Below, one piece after another: positions 10,297-21,091 of a stretch of 64,000 nt of DNA (positions within the stretch are counted from its first letter, which is position 1; each line of letters opens with the position of its first letter). The DNA comes from an uncultured Negativicutes bacterium (lineage in GTDB: Bacteria > Bacillota > Negativicutes > JBAXTZ01), in the NCBI GenBank assembly GCA_963721525.1, contig CAVRJL010000016.1:32001-96000 (forward strand). Reading direction: 5' to 3'. Under the pieces are notes generated by a model. It was not told where the DNA came from and did not search any database. It saw nothing but the letters and a program-made list of their open reading frames with translations. The translations under genes and the position numbers were made by a program.

Positions 10297-11265
10297 TTAG
10301 GCTTTGTTTTTAAATAATGCTTTAAAAAGAAAATTTACTATTTTTTTTTCATATTTTTTTGAGTACAATATGTAAGCTTTGGTATGCTCACAATTGAATA
10401 CATGCCAAATTTTTTTTGGTTTTTTTGCTGCTTTTATTAATTTATCTCCTTGTCCCAATCCAACAATAGTGTCGTTTTCGGGCTGAATGATGAAAATAGG
10501 TCGAGGTGAAATTAAATGTATTTTTTTCATAGCTGAAACATCTTCTACTTTAAACCCTATGATTTTTTCAGCATTTTTTTTTATAGGATTTACTAATTTT
10601 TTAGCTAAAAATTTTGGAATATTGGCAAAGTTTATTAATCCTAATTCAATTGTTACTTTTAATGAAGAATAAGGGCTATCCGCAATACAAGCTTTTATTT
10701 GTTTAAAACTTGCAGTAGCTAATATTGCTATAACACTACCCATGCTATTCCCCATGATAGCAATTTTGTTTTTATCAATATCGTTCAACGTGTTTAAATA
10801 ATTTAAACAAGCTTTTACGTCTTTAACTTCTTCTTTCCCAAAGGTAATCATATTTCCCTGGCTATGTCCATGGTGACGAAAATCAGCCATTAATACTGAA
10901 AATCCATGGTTGTTGAGAAATTTTGCTATTGGTAACATTTCCTCCCGATGATATTTATAGCCATGCTGCAAAATAACAACTGCTCTATTTGTTCCTGGGA
11001 TATACCAAGTTGCAAGTTGGAGATTATCATCTGTTACTAAAGTTATTGCTTTAAAGTTTATACCAAATTCAAAAGGAGTAAGTTTAGGTGTAGATCTAAG
11101 ATTTTTTTTTGTTATCCAAAATTGCCACCAGTGTTTACTATCTATTTGTTTTATAACATTAAGGGTTATATGCATAATAAATAAATTTTTTACTAAATTA
11201 AATATTTTATTTATTATTAAAAATAGAATAGGTAATGTTATGGATAGTGTTAATAATATTTTCAT
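10297..11265 (-). CDS. Membrane-anchored alpha/beta hydrolase
   Basis: N-terminal TM helix; HGY, DFRHHGHSQG, GNSMG nucleophile elbow, C-terminal Asp and His. Confidence 0.85.
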   Translation of the reverse strand: MKILLTLSITLPILFLIINKIFNLVKNLFIMHITLNVIKQIDSKHWWQFWITKKNLRSTPKLTPFEFGINFKAITLVTDDNLQLATWYIPGTNRAVVILQHGYKYHREEMLPIAKFLNNHGFSVLMADFRHHGHSQGNMITFGKEEVKDVKACLNYLNTLNDIDKNKIAIMGNSMGSVIAILATASFKQIKACIADSPYSSLKVTIELGLINFANIPKFLAKKLVNPIKKNAEKIIGFKVEDVSAMKKIHLISPRPIFIIQPENDTIVGLGQGDKLIKAAKKPKKIWHVFNCEHTKAYILYSKKYEKKIVNFLFKALFKNKA

Positions 11266-12116
11266 TTTTGTTTTATTTTTAAAGAAAAATCAAAAGCTCT
11301 TACAGAATGAGTTAAAGAACCGACAGATATGTAATCTACACCTGTAGAGGCTATTCTTGGTATTTTCTTTAAAGTCACGTTACCTGAAACTTCTATTTTA
11401 GTTTCTCCGTTAATTAAATTAACCGCTTGATTTAATGTTGTAGATTGCATATTATCGAGTAATATGCAATCTACTTTAGCAAAAAGAGCTTGGTGTACTT
11501 CTTTTATCGTTCTGGCCTCTAGTTCAATTTTAAATTTATTTTTCCACTTGGTGCGTATTGCTTCTACTGTTTTTAATATTCCGCCGCCACTATCAATATG
11601 ATTATCTTTAAGTAGCACCATATCGTATAGTCCCATTCTGTGATTTTGTCCACCCCCGCAACGTACTGCGTATTTTGATAAAGAGCGCCATCCAGGTAAA
11701 GTTTTTCGAGTGTCAAGAATTTTAGCTTTACCGAAATTTTTTGCAATCTTTACAAATTTATTTGTTTGTGTGGCTATTCCTGATAAAAAAGCTATAATAT
11801 TTAGCAATGAGCGCTCGGCTTTAAAAATTTCATCTGTTTGTCCTATGAAATCGGCTATAAGATCCCCTTTATTAATAATATCGCTATCTTTTTTATAAAT
11901 CTTTATTTGCACATTCTTAAAAAAATGGGAAGAAAAAAATCGGGAAATTACTTTAGAACCGACAAAAATTCCTTTATCTTTACTTACTAATATAGCATTA
12001 GTTTTATCATCAGGATTAAAAAGAGGAATTGTTGAAATGTCTCCAATATTCTTAAGATCTTCTTTTAATGATATTGTAATTAGATTTTGCAATTCTAAGT
12101 AAGGAAAATTTTTCAT
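11262..12116 (-). CDS. nadC: Quinolinate phosphoribosyltransferase
   Basis: ILDTRKTLPG, NHRMGLYDMVLLKDNH, ILLDNM, EVSGNV, GVDYISVGSLTHS. Confidence 0.97.
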   Translation of the reverse strand: MKNFPYLELQNLITISLKEDLKNIGDISTIPLFNPDDKTNAILVSKDKGIFVGSKVISRFFSSHFFKNVQIKIYKKDSDIINKGDLIADFIGQTDEIFKAERSLLNIIAFLSGIATQTNKFVKIAKNFGKAKILDTRKTLPGWRSLSKYAVRCGGGQNHRMGLYDMVLLKDNHIDSGGGILKTVEAIRTKWKNKFKIELEARTIKEVHQALFAKVDCILLDNMQSTTLNQAVNLINGETKIEVSGNVTLKKIPRIASTGVDYISVGSLTHSVRAFDFSLKIKQK

Positions 12117-12304
12117 ATTTAGCCTCGCTTATATTTTAAATAAAAATTTATTTATTTAAAAATACGTTAATATTTAGTAATTATTTTACAATAAATTAAA
12201 CATGTTTAAAATTGTTTAGATAGATTATTAGTAACCATTGTAATATTTGTTTATAAAAATTTTAGGTATATCAGAATGTAAGATAAAATAAAGATATAAA
12301 AGGG

Positions 12305-12348
12305 AAAAATAAAATAAACCTATAATATTATAGGTTTATTTTATTTTT
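12305..12348. terminator. Perfect 44-bp palindrome downstream of the tRNA-Ser pair, probable terminator
   Basis: aaaaataaaataaacctataat|attataggtttattttattttt, no spacer. Confidence 0.6.
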
Positions 12349-12368
12349 TGCTAATCTGTTAATTAGAA

Positions 12369-12459
12369 TGGCGGAGTGGAGAGGATTTGAACCTCCGTAC
12401 GCCTTTCAACGTCTAACGGTTTAGCAAACCGTCCTCTTCAGCCACTTGAGTACCACTCC
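12369..12459 (-). tRNA. tRNA-Ser(GCT)
   Basis: Reverse complement GGAGTGG...ACGGT-TTGCTAA-ACCGT, long variable arm, GGTTCAAATCC, ends CCA. Confidence 0.96.
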
Positions 12460-12469
12460 ACTTATAATT

Positions 12470-12559
12470 TGGCGGAGAGAGTGGGATTCGAACCCACGGC
12501 TCTATTTTAGAGTCACCGGTTTTCAAGACCGGCTCCTTAAACCACTCGGACACCTCTCC
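12470..12559 (-). tRNA. tRNA-Ser(TGA)
   Basis: Reverse complement GGAGAGG...CCGGT-CTTGAAA-ACCGG, long variable arm, GGTTCGAATCC, ends CCA. Confidence 0.96.
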
Positions 12560-12876
12560 TTCCTACCAAGAAAAATTATATTAAGATATTTATTATTTGT
12601 CAATCAAATTACAATTAATAATTAATATTTGAAATTGTGTTATACTTATGTAATATATTGGAGGTATTTATTTAAAATACGTTAAATATGTAAATAATTT
12701 ATTTTCTTATAAAGAGAATAATATAGTTATATTAATAAAGATAAGAATTTATATTAAATATAATAATTTTTTACGAAAAAAATTGCCAAAATTGAATGGT
12801 TTGTAGTAATATATACTCGAGGTTGTAGTCAATATTTCAAGATAAGTATTAATTTTATCGATTAAGTGGAGGAAAT

Positions 12877-14469
12877 ATGAAAAAAAAAATAATAGCGGCA
12901 ATATTAAGTGTTACTTTTACGATGAGCTTCAATTTAGTAGGTTGTGCTTATGCTTTAACAACTATAAGCCCCTTCAGTGATGTACCGAAAAGTAATTGGG
13001 CGTATAGTGCAGTAGAGGAGTTAGTAAAAAAGGGAATCATAGAAGTGGGTCCTGATAAAATGTTTCGAGGGAACCAAAATGTTACAAGATATGAACTAGC
13101 AGCCATAATTGTTAGGGCGGTTAGTTCTTACAAAGGAGCAGATAATCACAGTATCTCTCTATTAGAAAAACTTGTTAGAGAGTTTGCAGTAGAACTAAGA
13201 GATATTGAAATTCAGTCAAACAATTCACAAGTGCAAGTGAAAATGAAAGTGAAAAATTTAGAAAAAAAAGTGAATACACTACCTAAAGTCAGCGGAACTT
13301 TTTCGGTATTAAATTATACTACAATGAGTCAATTGGTTGACCTTTACGGAAGAACTGTTATAAATCCTAAGTGTGATGAGACCTTTTTTTCAACTAATAA
13401 ATTTAGGACAAATTTACAATTTAATGGAAACATTGATACAAAATGGAACTATATTGGCGAATTACAACTCGAATTACCTATGAACTATAAGGACTATGAA
13501 AATAACTCTAATGTGAACGCGCAGATGCGTAGTATTTGTGCAAACGGTAACTTTTGTAATGGATGTAAAGTGAATATAGGACGTTTTGGAGCTTCATCTA
13601 CTTTATTAAGTAATGGAGTACAAGGTTTACTGTATGGTGATAATCGTATTAACGGAGCGCGTTTAGTATATGAAAATAAAGGATTTAAAGCTGATATTTT
13701 TGGCGGATTTTCTGATGTTGGTATGCCTAGATATTATAGTATAGGAGGAATGGAGCGAGGAGCATTGGGTACAGGTTTTATGTTAGGTTATAGTGTTAAC
13801 GATATTGTTAATATATATGCAGGAATCAAGGAACATATAGGACATAATGCGCCACGTAAAAACAATCCTTACAGCAAAGAAACGTGGTCTCCTATTCAGC
13901 ATATAACATTTGCAGAGGGAGGTTTTGATATCAAACCAATTGAAAATGTTAAAATAAGCTCTTTGTTTGGCTGGTCCCCTAATATGAAAGACGAATATAT
14001 TTATTTGTGGAATGGAAAACCACACGGCTTTTTTCAAGCTCCTTTCCTTGAAAATCGTGGTTTTTATGATAATATAGCATGTATTGCACGTATAGATGTG
14101 GGGGATTTTGATTTACAAAAAAGATGGTCCTTAAACGCATATGGTCAATTTCATTACGCTGGGAAATATGCCATAATAAACAAGTATATACCTCTTAGCG
14201 TAGACGTAGATGGTTACGATTATGGTCATGGCAATGATGGAATTTGTTTAGGAAAAGAGGGGCGAGAAGCAGGTATGAACTTCGTTTTATTCAAAAATGT
14301 AAATTGGCATACTTTTGTAACTCAGACAAGTATGGAACCGACGCTAAATAGAATGGTGAGAGTGCCTTATTTAGTTACAAGAAAGGGCAAACTATCTTGG
14401 GATAGATTACACTATTGGGAAAGAGACCCTATTGTAACTGTAGGCTCGGAACTTAGTTTTTCTTTCTAA
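12877..14469 (+). CDS. S-layer-homology domain outer membrane beta-barrel protein (OmpM-like)
   Basis: Signal peptide; SLH motif PFSDVPKSNWAYSAV...FRGNQNVTRYELA; coiled coil LEKLVREFAVEL; beta-rich C-terminus ending in Phe. Confidence 0.88.
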   Translation: MKKKIIAAILSVTFTMSFNLVGCAYALTTISPFSDVPKSNWAYSAVEELVKKGIIEVGPDKMFRGNQNVTRYELAAIIVRAVSSYKGADNHSISLLEKLVREFAVELRDIEIQSNNSQVQVKMKVKNLEKKVNTLPKVSGTFSVLNYTTMSQLVDLYGRTVINPKCDETFFSTNKFRTNLQFNGNIDTKWNYIGELQLELPMNYKDYENNSNVNAQMRSICANGNFCNGCKVNIGRFGASSTLLSNGVQGLLYGDNRINGARLVYENKGFKADIFGGFSDVGMPRYYSIGGMERGALGTGFMLGYSVNDIVNIYAGIKEHIGHNAPRKNNPYSKETWSPIQHITFAEGGFDIKPIENVKISSLFGWSPNMKDEYIYLWNGKPHGFFQAPFLENRGFYDNIACIARIDVGDFDLQKRWSLNAYGQFHYAGKYAIINKYIPLSVDVDGYDYGHGNDGICLGKEGREAGMNFVLFKNVNWHTFVTQTSMEPTLNRMVRVPYLVTRKGKLSWDRLHYWERDPIVTVGSELSFSF

Positions 14470-14488
14470 CATTCGCTAATTGTTAACA

Positions 14489-14543
14489 AAAAAGTAAGCG
14501 TACGTTCATTTATTGTACCTGATGAATGAGTGTGCGCTTTTTA
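14489..14543 (+). terminator. Probable rho-independent terminator after the OmpM-like gene
   Basis: aagcgtacgttcatt ... aatgagtgtgcgctt stem followed by a T-run. Confidence 0.5.
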
Positions 14544-14718
14544 CCGTATTATTATGATATACTTATGCTTATAAATGTTAGGAAAACAATAAAGGTTAGA
14601 AATTATTTTATTAACTTTTTGTTAATCCAATTATTCGAGTTGAATTAACTTATTAATATATTGATTACCACCTTAATATTTTATTACACTGATTAAGTAA
14701 ATTTTTTGAGAGGTAAAA

Positions 14719-14949
14719 ATGGTTACTTTTTTAGAAATAATAGTTTTTTTGTTGTCTATAACGTTAATTTTATCTATTATACTCCAGTCCGGGAAATCTG
14801 CCGGTCTTTCTGGTTCTGTGAGTGGAGGGGCAGCGATTTTATTTGGAGGTAAAAGGCGCGGGTTGGATGAGATTTTAGTGAAATTTACGATAATTTGCAG
14901 TATTTTGTTTACTATTGCTATTGTTGTTTTAGAAAAAAAACTAAGTTGA
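14719..14949 (+). CDS. secG: Preprotein translocase subunit SecG
   Basis: 76 aa, two TM helices, ILQSGKSAGLSGSVSGGA...LFGGKRRGLD. Confidence 0.95.
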   Translation: MVTFLEIIVFLLSITLILSIILQSGKSAGLSGSVSGGAAILFGGKRRGLDEILVKFTIICSILFTIAIVVLEKKLS

Positions 14950-15018
14950 GGTATAAATTAGAAACAATTTTTATAAACCTATTTGGGTAATTCTTATTAT
15001 GGGGAGGTTTAAGTAATA

Positions 15019-17034
15019 ATGTCTCAGTCAATGACTTTATATATTGCTCCTTTCGCAGGAGTAATTTCTTTATTGTTTGCACTAATTATGATGATATCTA
15101 TTTTAAAAGAATCAAAAGGCAATATTCGTATGCAAGAAATTTCGCAGGCTATCTATGAGGGAGCTATGGCTTTTTTAAATAGACAATATCGTACTTTAAT
15201 ACCATTTACTTTAGTAATCGCAATAGTTTTATATATTAAAATAAGCACTCCTATGGCAATATCTTTTCTAGTTGGTGCGATATGTTCTGCATTATCAGGA
15301 TATATAGGAATGAATGCTACAACTAAAGCTAATAGTAGGACATGCGAAGCTGCCAGGAATAGCTTAAATAAAGCACTAAGTATTTCTTTTCGTGCGGGTA
15401 CAGTAATGGGTATGTCAGTAGCGGGTTTAGGATTGCTTGGTGTTTCAGTTCTATATTTAATTTATAGAAATCCTTCGATAATAAATAGTTTTGCTTTTGG
15501 AGCTTCGGCAATAGCATTTTTCGCACGTGTAGGTGGGGGTATTTATACTAAAGCAGCTGATATAGGAGCTGATTTAGTAGGAAAAGTAGAAATAGGAATC
15601 CCTGAAGATGACCCCAGGAATCCTGCTGTTATTGCCGATAATGTAGGTGATAATGTTGGTGATACTGCTGGCATGGGGGCAGATTTATTTGAATCTTATG
15701 GAGCTACTACCATTGCAGCAATGTTATTAGGTAATAATCTTTTTGGTATAAACGGAGTGTTATTTCCTTTATTACTTGGTTCAGCAGGAATTTTTGCTTC
15801 AATGATCAGTATGATTTTAGTTCGTACGAATGAAAATGGGAATCCTCAAAATGCTCTTAATAAAGGTATAGTGTCGACAAATATTATATTGATGATAGTT
15901 GCTTATTTTTTAAGTAACAAGTTGTTTATAGGTTTTAATTCTAGGGGAATATTTATAGCTGCTGTCAGTGGACTGGTTGTCAATATTGCTATTGGAAAAT
16001 TGACGGAATATTATACTTCACATGAATTTGCGCCAACACGTAAAATAGCTTATTCTTCTTCGACGGGCGAAGCTACAACTATAATCGCTGGTATAGCAAA
16101 TGGGCTTAAAAGTACAGGCTGGATAATGTCTGTACTTGTTATTGCTATTGGAGTATCTTATTATAGCGGAGGCGGTATATATGGAATCTCTGTAGCTGCT
16201 ATGGCAATGTTATCAACATCAGGAATGGTGGTTGCAGTTGATTCTTTTGGGCCAGTAGTAGATAATGCCGGCGGTATAGCTGAAATGGCAAAACTTGGAT
16301 CAGAAGTTCGAAAACGAACTGATAGGCTTGATGCTGTAGGAAATACTACTGCTGCTATGGCGAAAGGATTTGCCATAGGGTCTGCAGCTTTAACTGCATT
16401 AGCGTTATTCAGCGCTTATTCTGAAGAGATAATAAAAAACCATAAATTATCTTTTTTATTAACTAATGGACATATGTATATTAGTATTACAGATACATTT
16501 GTATTAATTGGGATGTTTATTGGATCTACCGTGCCATTTTTAGTTTGTGCGCAAACAATGGAAGCAGTTAGCAGAGCAGCTGTCCATATGATTAATGAAG
16601 TACGTAGGCAATTTAAGGAAATTCCTGGCATTATGAAAGGGGAAGGAAAACCGAATTATGCTCGTTGTGTAGATATAAGTACTAAATCTGCACTTACTGA
16701 GATGACTATACCTGGATTACTTGCAGTTTTTATTCCTTTATTAGTAGGATTTATATTAGGTGCAAAAGCATTAGCTGGGTTTTTAGCTGGGATTACTTCT
16801 ACAGGAATCTTGTTGGCAATATTTATGGCTAATTCTGGTGGATCATGGGATAATGCAAAGAAATTTATTGAAAAAGGTAACCTTGGAGGAAAAGGAACTA
16901 AAGCACATGCTGCTGCAGTAGTTGGCGATACTGTCGGTGATCCTTTTAAAGATACAGCAGGACCAGCAATGAACCCTCTTATTAAAGTTGCTGGAACAAT
17001 AGCTTTACTTATAGCACCGTTGTTATTTCATTAA
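15019..17034 (+). CDS. hppA: Membrane pyrophosphatase, K+-dependent, probably Na+-translocating
   Basis: [55 protein letters not shown]. Confidence 0.96.
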   Translation: MSQSMTLYIAPFAGVISLLFALIMMISILKESKGNIRMQEISQAIYEGAMAFLNRQYRTLIPFTLVIAIVLYIKISTPMAISFLVGAICSALSGYIGMNATTKANSRTCEAARNSLNKALSISFRAGTVMGMSVAGLGLLGVSVLYLIYRNPSIINSFAFGASAIAFFARVGGGIYTKAADIGADLVGKVEIGIPEDDPRNPAVIADNVGDNVGDTAGMGADLFESYGATTIAAMLLGNNLFGINGVLFPLLLGSAGIFASMISMILVRTNENGNPQNALNKGIVSTNIILMIVAYFLSNKLFIGFNSRGIFIAAVSGLVVNIAIGKLTEYYTSHEFAPTRKIAYSSSTGEATTIIAGIANGLKSTGWIMSVLVIAIGVSYYSGGGIYGISVAAMAMLSTSGMVVAVDSFGPVVDNAGGIAEMAKLGSEVRKRTDRLDAVGNTTAAMAKGFAIGSAALTALALFSAYSEEIIKNHKLSFLLTNGHMYISITDTFVLIGMFIGSTVPFLVCAQTMEAVSRAAVHMINEVRRQFKEIPGIMKGEGKPNYARCVDISTKSALTEMTIPGLLAVFIPLLVGFILGAKALAGFLAGITSTGILLAIFMANSGGSWDNAKKFIEKGNLGGKGTKAHAAAVVGDTVGDPFKDTAGPAMNPLIKVAGTIALLIAPLLFH

Positions 17035-17229
17035 GTAGTCGATTGTTTAATATATTTTAACTACTATTTATATCTTTTTTTAAGAGTAGTTTTTGTTATT
17101 TTTTTAATTTTATTAATATAATTAATGATATAAAAACTATCGGGGAATATTGCAACTAATAATAAATTGCTTTTTTAATGAAATAGAAATTTTTTATTAT
17201 ATAATATAATAATATTTTTGGAGAAAATA

Positions 17230-18360
17230 ATGGATAAGACAATAATACAAATGATAAAAACTTTTTTATTATTTGTTATTATAGTTTCTTTAGCGCATAC
17301 TTCATTTGCAAAAGAAATAAACTTTAAAAAAGTAAATTCAATAAAATTAGAAACTACTAAAATTAAACCTGTACAAATTGTTAAAATTCGTTGGTCTGTT
17401 ATATCGAGAGTTAGTAGCATGAAGAAAATTCGCATAGTATGTGATTTATCAGGAACATATAGTTCCTGTGTAAATATAATTGGTAAAATAAATGAATTAA
17501 ATAATGTTTTAGAGGTACATTTAAATAATAGTGTTTTATCTCCAAAAATTTATTCTAAAATTATACTTAATTCGCAAATAGTTACTAGTTTTAGGTTTAT
17601 TGAAAATAAAAAAGATTTAATAATGAGAATACTTTTAACAAAAAAAATACAAAAAAATGATTATACTTTTTTTATTTTAAAAGAGGATCAACTACTAAAA
17701 AAACCTTGTCGTTTAGTAGTTGATATTACTAAACTAATTCCTCAAACTAAACTTATGTTCAACTCACGTCTCGAAGGGAAATCTATTTGTATTGATCCTG
17801 GCCATGGAGGTAGTGATTGCGGAGCTATAGGTATAGACAAAACTTTTGAAAAAGATATCACCCTTCCAATTTGTTTAGAACTAAAAAATATTTTAGAACA
17901 GCAAGGCATAAATGTTATTATGACTCGTGAAATAGATAAGGATGTTTTTTCTCTTAACTCTGTGGGCATCGATGAGCTACAGTCAAGGGTTAATATTGCG
18001 AATAATAACAAAACAGATTTATTTATCTGTGTTCATGCCAATTCTTATATAGATACTAATGTACATGGAGTTTCGACCTTTTATTATCCAAAAACAAATT
18101 TAGATAGTATTTTAGCAGGATATGTTCAAAAAGAATTTATAAATATTCCCCAATTAAGCGATCGAGGTATTAATAGAGCAAACTTTTATGTATTGAGATA
18201 TAGCAAGATGCCAGCTATTTTATTAGAAACAGGATTTATAAGTAATAAAAATGATTGCAAACAATTAATAACTAAAAATTTCCAAAAAATAATAGCACTA
18301 AGTATTATGAAAGGCGTAGTAAAGTTTTTTTATGATATATCGGATACAATTAAAAGTTAA
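17230..18360 (+). CDS. N-acetylmuramoyl-L-alanine amidase (Amidase_3) with N-terminal AMIN-like region
   Basis: Signal peptide; RLVVDI; IDPGHGGSD, EKDITL, FICVHAN, MPAILLETGFISN. Confidence 0.92.
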   Translation: MDKTIIQMIKTFLLFVIIVSLAHTSFAKEINFKKVNSIKLETTKIKPVQIVKIRWSVISRVSSMKKIRIVCDLSGTYSSCVNIIGKINELNNVLEVHLNNSVLSPKIYSKIILNSQIVTSFRFIENKKDLIMRILLTKKIQKNDYTFFILKEDQLLKKPCRLVVDITKLIPQTKLMFNSRLEGKSICIDPGHGGSDCGAIGIDKTFEKDITLPICLELKNILEQQGINVIMTREIDKDVFSLNSVGIDELQSRVNIANNNKTDLFICVHANSYIDTNVHGVSTFYYPKTNLDSILAGYVQKEFINIPQLSDRGINRANFYVLRYSKMPAILLETGFISNKNDCKQLITKNFQKIIALSIMKGVVKFFYDISDTIKS

Positions 18361-18399
18361 TAGCAATATATGTGTCTTGATGTGTAAGGTTAGTTTGAG

Positions 18400-18825
18400 A
18401 TGAGTAAAAAAATATATAAAATAACTTGCATAAAAGAAATGTTCAAATTGGGAGAAAAAATAGGAAAAAGGCTTATCAACAAAAATATAGTTTTGTTAAA
18501 TGGGGAAATAGGCGCTGGAAAAACTACTTTAACAAAAGGAATAGCTTTAGGGCTAGATATTAAGAAAAATATAACGAGTCCGACTTTCAATTTATTGAAC
18601 GTTTATTCTGGAAAATATATTTTATATCATTTTGATTTATATAGAATAGAATCTCATTTTGAATTAGAAGACATTGGATTTTATCAATTTATTAAAAACA
18701 AAGGTATTGCAGTTATAGAATGGGGAAAAAACTTTATTTGCCATATACCTGGAAAAACTATAATGATAGAAATAAATGTTAAAAACGGGTTGCGTTTAGT
18801 TAAAATAGAAGGAATCAAGATTTGA
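18400..18825 (+). CDS. tsaE: t6A biosynthesis ATPase TsaE
   Basis: GEIGAGKTT, ITSPTF, YHFDLYRI, VIEWG. Confidence 0.95.
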   Translation: MSKKIYKITCIKEMFKLGEKIGKRLINKNIVLLNGEIGAGKTTLTKGIALGLDIKKNITSPTFNLLNVYSGKYILYHFDLYRIESHFELEDIGFYQFIKNKGIAVIEWGKNFICHIPGKTIMIEINVKNGLRLVKIEGIKI

Positions 18826-18826
18826 A

Positions 18827-19501
18827 ATGACAATATTGGGCATTGAAACTGCTACTTTAGCTTGTAGTGTATGTTTATTAAATAATAATAGGATTATTAG
18901 AGAAATTACTGATCAAAATAATTTAAATCATTCGGTAAAGCTAGTTCCGAATATTGTACAATTATTCGATAAAATCGATTATAAAAAAAATAAATTAAAT
19001 GCAGTAGCGATTAGCAAAGGACCTGGTTCATTTACAGGGTTAAGGATTGGAATGGCTGTAGCAAAAAGTTTAGCTTATGCATTGAACATACCTATTTTGG
19101 CTGTACCTACTATGCGGGGGATGGCCATGCAATGTAGACATCGTGGAAAATATATTATCCCAATTATTAACGCTCAACAAAATACTATATATGCACAAAT
19201 TTATGGAGCAGCAGGAGAATGTAGTGATACATATATGTTACCAATAAAAGATATACCAAAACTTATAAAGAATTCAGACAAATATGTTTTTTGTGGAGAA
19301 ATTTCATCTGAAGAAATCGACATCATAAAGACAATTCCAAATGCAAGTATTGTAGAAAAAAAATTATTGCTTCCGCGAGCAAAATATGTAGCATTTATAG
19401 GTAAAAGATATTTAGAATGTGGAATGGAAGAGGAACAGTTTTTTTTAGAACCAATGTATATAAGAAAACCAGCAGCAGAAGAAAAACTTAATGTAAAATG
19501 A
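18827..19501 (+). CDS. tsaB: t6A biosynthesis protein TsaB
   Basis: ILGIETAT, GPGSFTGLRIG, PMYIRKPAAE. Confidence 0.95.
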   Translation: MTILGIETATLACSVCLLNNNRIIREITDQNNLNHSVKLVPNIVQLFDKIDYKKNKLNAVAISKGPGSFTGLRIGMAVAKSLAYALNIPILAVPTMRGMAMQCRHRGKYIIPIINAQQNTIYAQIYGAAGECSDTYMLPIKDIPKLIKNSDKYVFCGEISSEEIDIIKTIPNASIVEKKLLLPRAKYVAFIGKRYLECGMEEEQFFLEPMYIRKPAAEEKLNVK

Positions 19502-19556
19502 TATAATTGAAACGAAAAATAAGATTAAGTTTAGGAGCTAATTATTACTAGAAATA

Positions 19557-20012
19557 ATGTTTAAAATACGCAGAATGTTTTTCTATGAAGCCGAAGAAGT
19601 ATATAGAATAGAAAAGCAATGTTTTAATGTTTCTATAGGGTCTTTAGATGTGATTATTAATAAAGCGTGTGGTGAAAGCACTATATATCTTGTTGCAGTT
19701 GCGAAAAATAAAATAGTAGGTTATTGTGAATTTTGGGTTATCGTTGATGAAATTCATATGAATAATATTGCTGTTTTACCTGAATTTAGAAGAAAAGGAA
19801 TTGCTAATGCTTTATTAAAAGAAACTATAAACTATGGAATGAGTCACAGTGCAATATCGATGACTTTAGAAGTTAATGTTAATAACATACGAGCTCTTAA
19901 TTTATATTATTCTTTAGGTTTTATTAGTGAAGGGCGAAGAATTGATTATTATGCTAAAGACCAAGATGCCCTTATTTTATGGAACCGTAAATTATCAGAA
20001 AGCAGTTTTTAA
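19557..20012 (+). CDS. rimI: Ribosomal protein S18 N-acetyltransferase
   Basis: GNAT motifs NIAVLPEFRRKGIA, TLEVNVNNIRALNLY, RIDYY; position between tsaB and tsaD. Confidence 0.9.
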   Translation: MFKIRRMFFYEAEEVYRIEKQCFNVSIGSLDVIINKACGESTIYLVAVAKNKIVGYCEFWVIVDEIHMNNIAVLPEFRRKGIANALLKETINYGMSHSAISMTLEVNVNNIRALNLYYSLGFISEGRRIDYYAKDQDALILWNRKLSESSF

Positions 20013-20013
20013 A

Positions 20014-21045
20014 ATGAATAAGAAAAAAAATATATTGATTTTGGCTATAGAAACAAGTTGTGATGAAACATGTGCTTCGGTCGTTGCAAATGGACGCAAA
20101 ATATTATCAAATGTGATCTCATCACAAATTAATACGCATGCATTATATGGAGGAGTAGTACCTGAAATTGCTTCACGTAAGCATATCCAAATCATAACTT
20201 TTATAATAGATGAAGCTATAAATCAAGCCAAAGTAACATTAGATGATCTAGATGCCATTGCTGTAACTTATGGGCCAGGACTTATTAGCTCATTATTAGT
20301 TGGAGTTTCTGTTGCCAAAGGTTTGAGTTTTGCAAAAAATAAACCGCTTATAGCAGTAAACCATATAGAAAGTCATATTTTTGCTGCTTTTTTAGAGTAC
20401 GAAGATTTAACCCCTCCGTTTTTGTCTCTTATAGTATCAGGTGGACATACTTCATTGATTAAAGTATATAATTACAATAAATTTGAAGTAGTAGGCCAAA
20501 CAAGAGATGATGCTGCAGGGGAGATATTTGATAAGGTTGCACGCGTAATGAGCTTAGCCTACCCTGGCGGCCCTGAAATTGAAAAAAAAGCGAAAAACTG
20601 TTACAATATAACAATTAGCTTTCCTAAACCAAAATTTAAAAAGAATTGTAGGGAATATTCTAATAATTATGATTTCAGTTTTAGCGGAATAAAATCAGCA
20701 GTTATTAGTTTTTTTAGGAATAGAAATGAAAAAGAATTAAATATTAACGACGAAGAAATAGCGGCTGCTTTTCAACAAACTGTTTGTGAATATTTAGCTG
20801 AAAATACTATGAAAGCAGCTATTGAGTTTAGTAGTACTAAATTAGTCTTAGCGGGAGGAGTAGCTTCTAATGAAAAATTACGTAGTACAATAAAGAGCTT
20901 ATGTAATAAAATGAATATAAAGTTATATATACCCACTCCTATTTTATGTACTGATAATGCTGCTATGGTTGCAGCACGTGCATATCGAAAATTTCTTTCA
21001 GAAGAATATGCAAATTTAGATTTAGATGCGAAATCAATTTTATAG
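20014..21045 (+). CDS. tsaD: t6A synthase TsaD
   Basis: ILAIETSCDET, GGVVPEIASRKH, VSGGHT, TRDDAAGE, CTDNAAMV. Confidence 0.97.
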   Translation: MNKKKNILILAIETSCDETCASVVANGRKILSNVISSQINTHALYGGVVPEIASRKHIQIITFIIDEAINQAKVTLDDLDAIAVTYGPGLISSLLVGVSVAKGLSFAKNKPLIAVNHIESHIFAAFLEYEDLTPPFLSLIVSGGHTSLIKVYNYNKFEVVGQTRDDAAGEIFDKVARVMSLAYPGGPEIEKKAKNCYNITISFPKPKFKKNCREYSNNYDFSFSGIKSAVISFFRNRNEKELNINDEEIAAAFQQTVCEYLAENTMKAAIEFSSTKLVLAGGVASNEKLRSTIKSLCNKMNIKLYIPTPILCTDNAAMVAARAYRKFLSEEYANLDLDAKSIL

Positions 21046-21091
21046 ATTTTTATGATTGCAAAAATTATAATTATGTTTTTAGGAGTAATCT

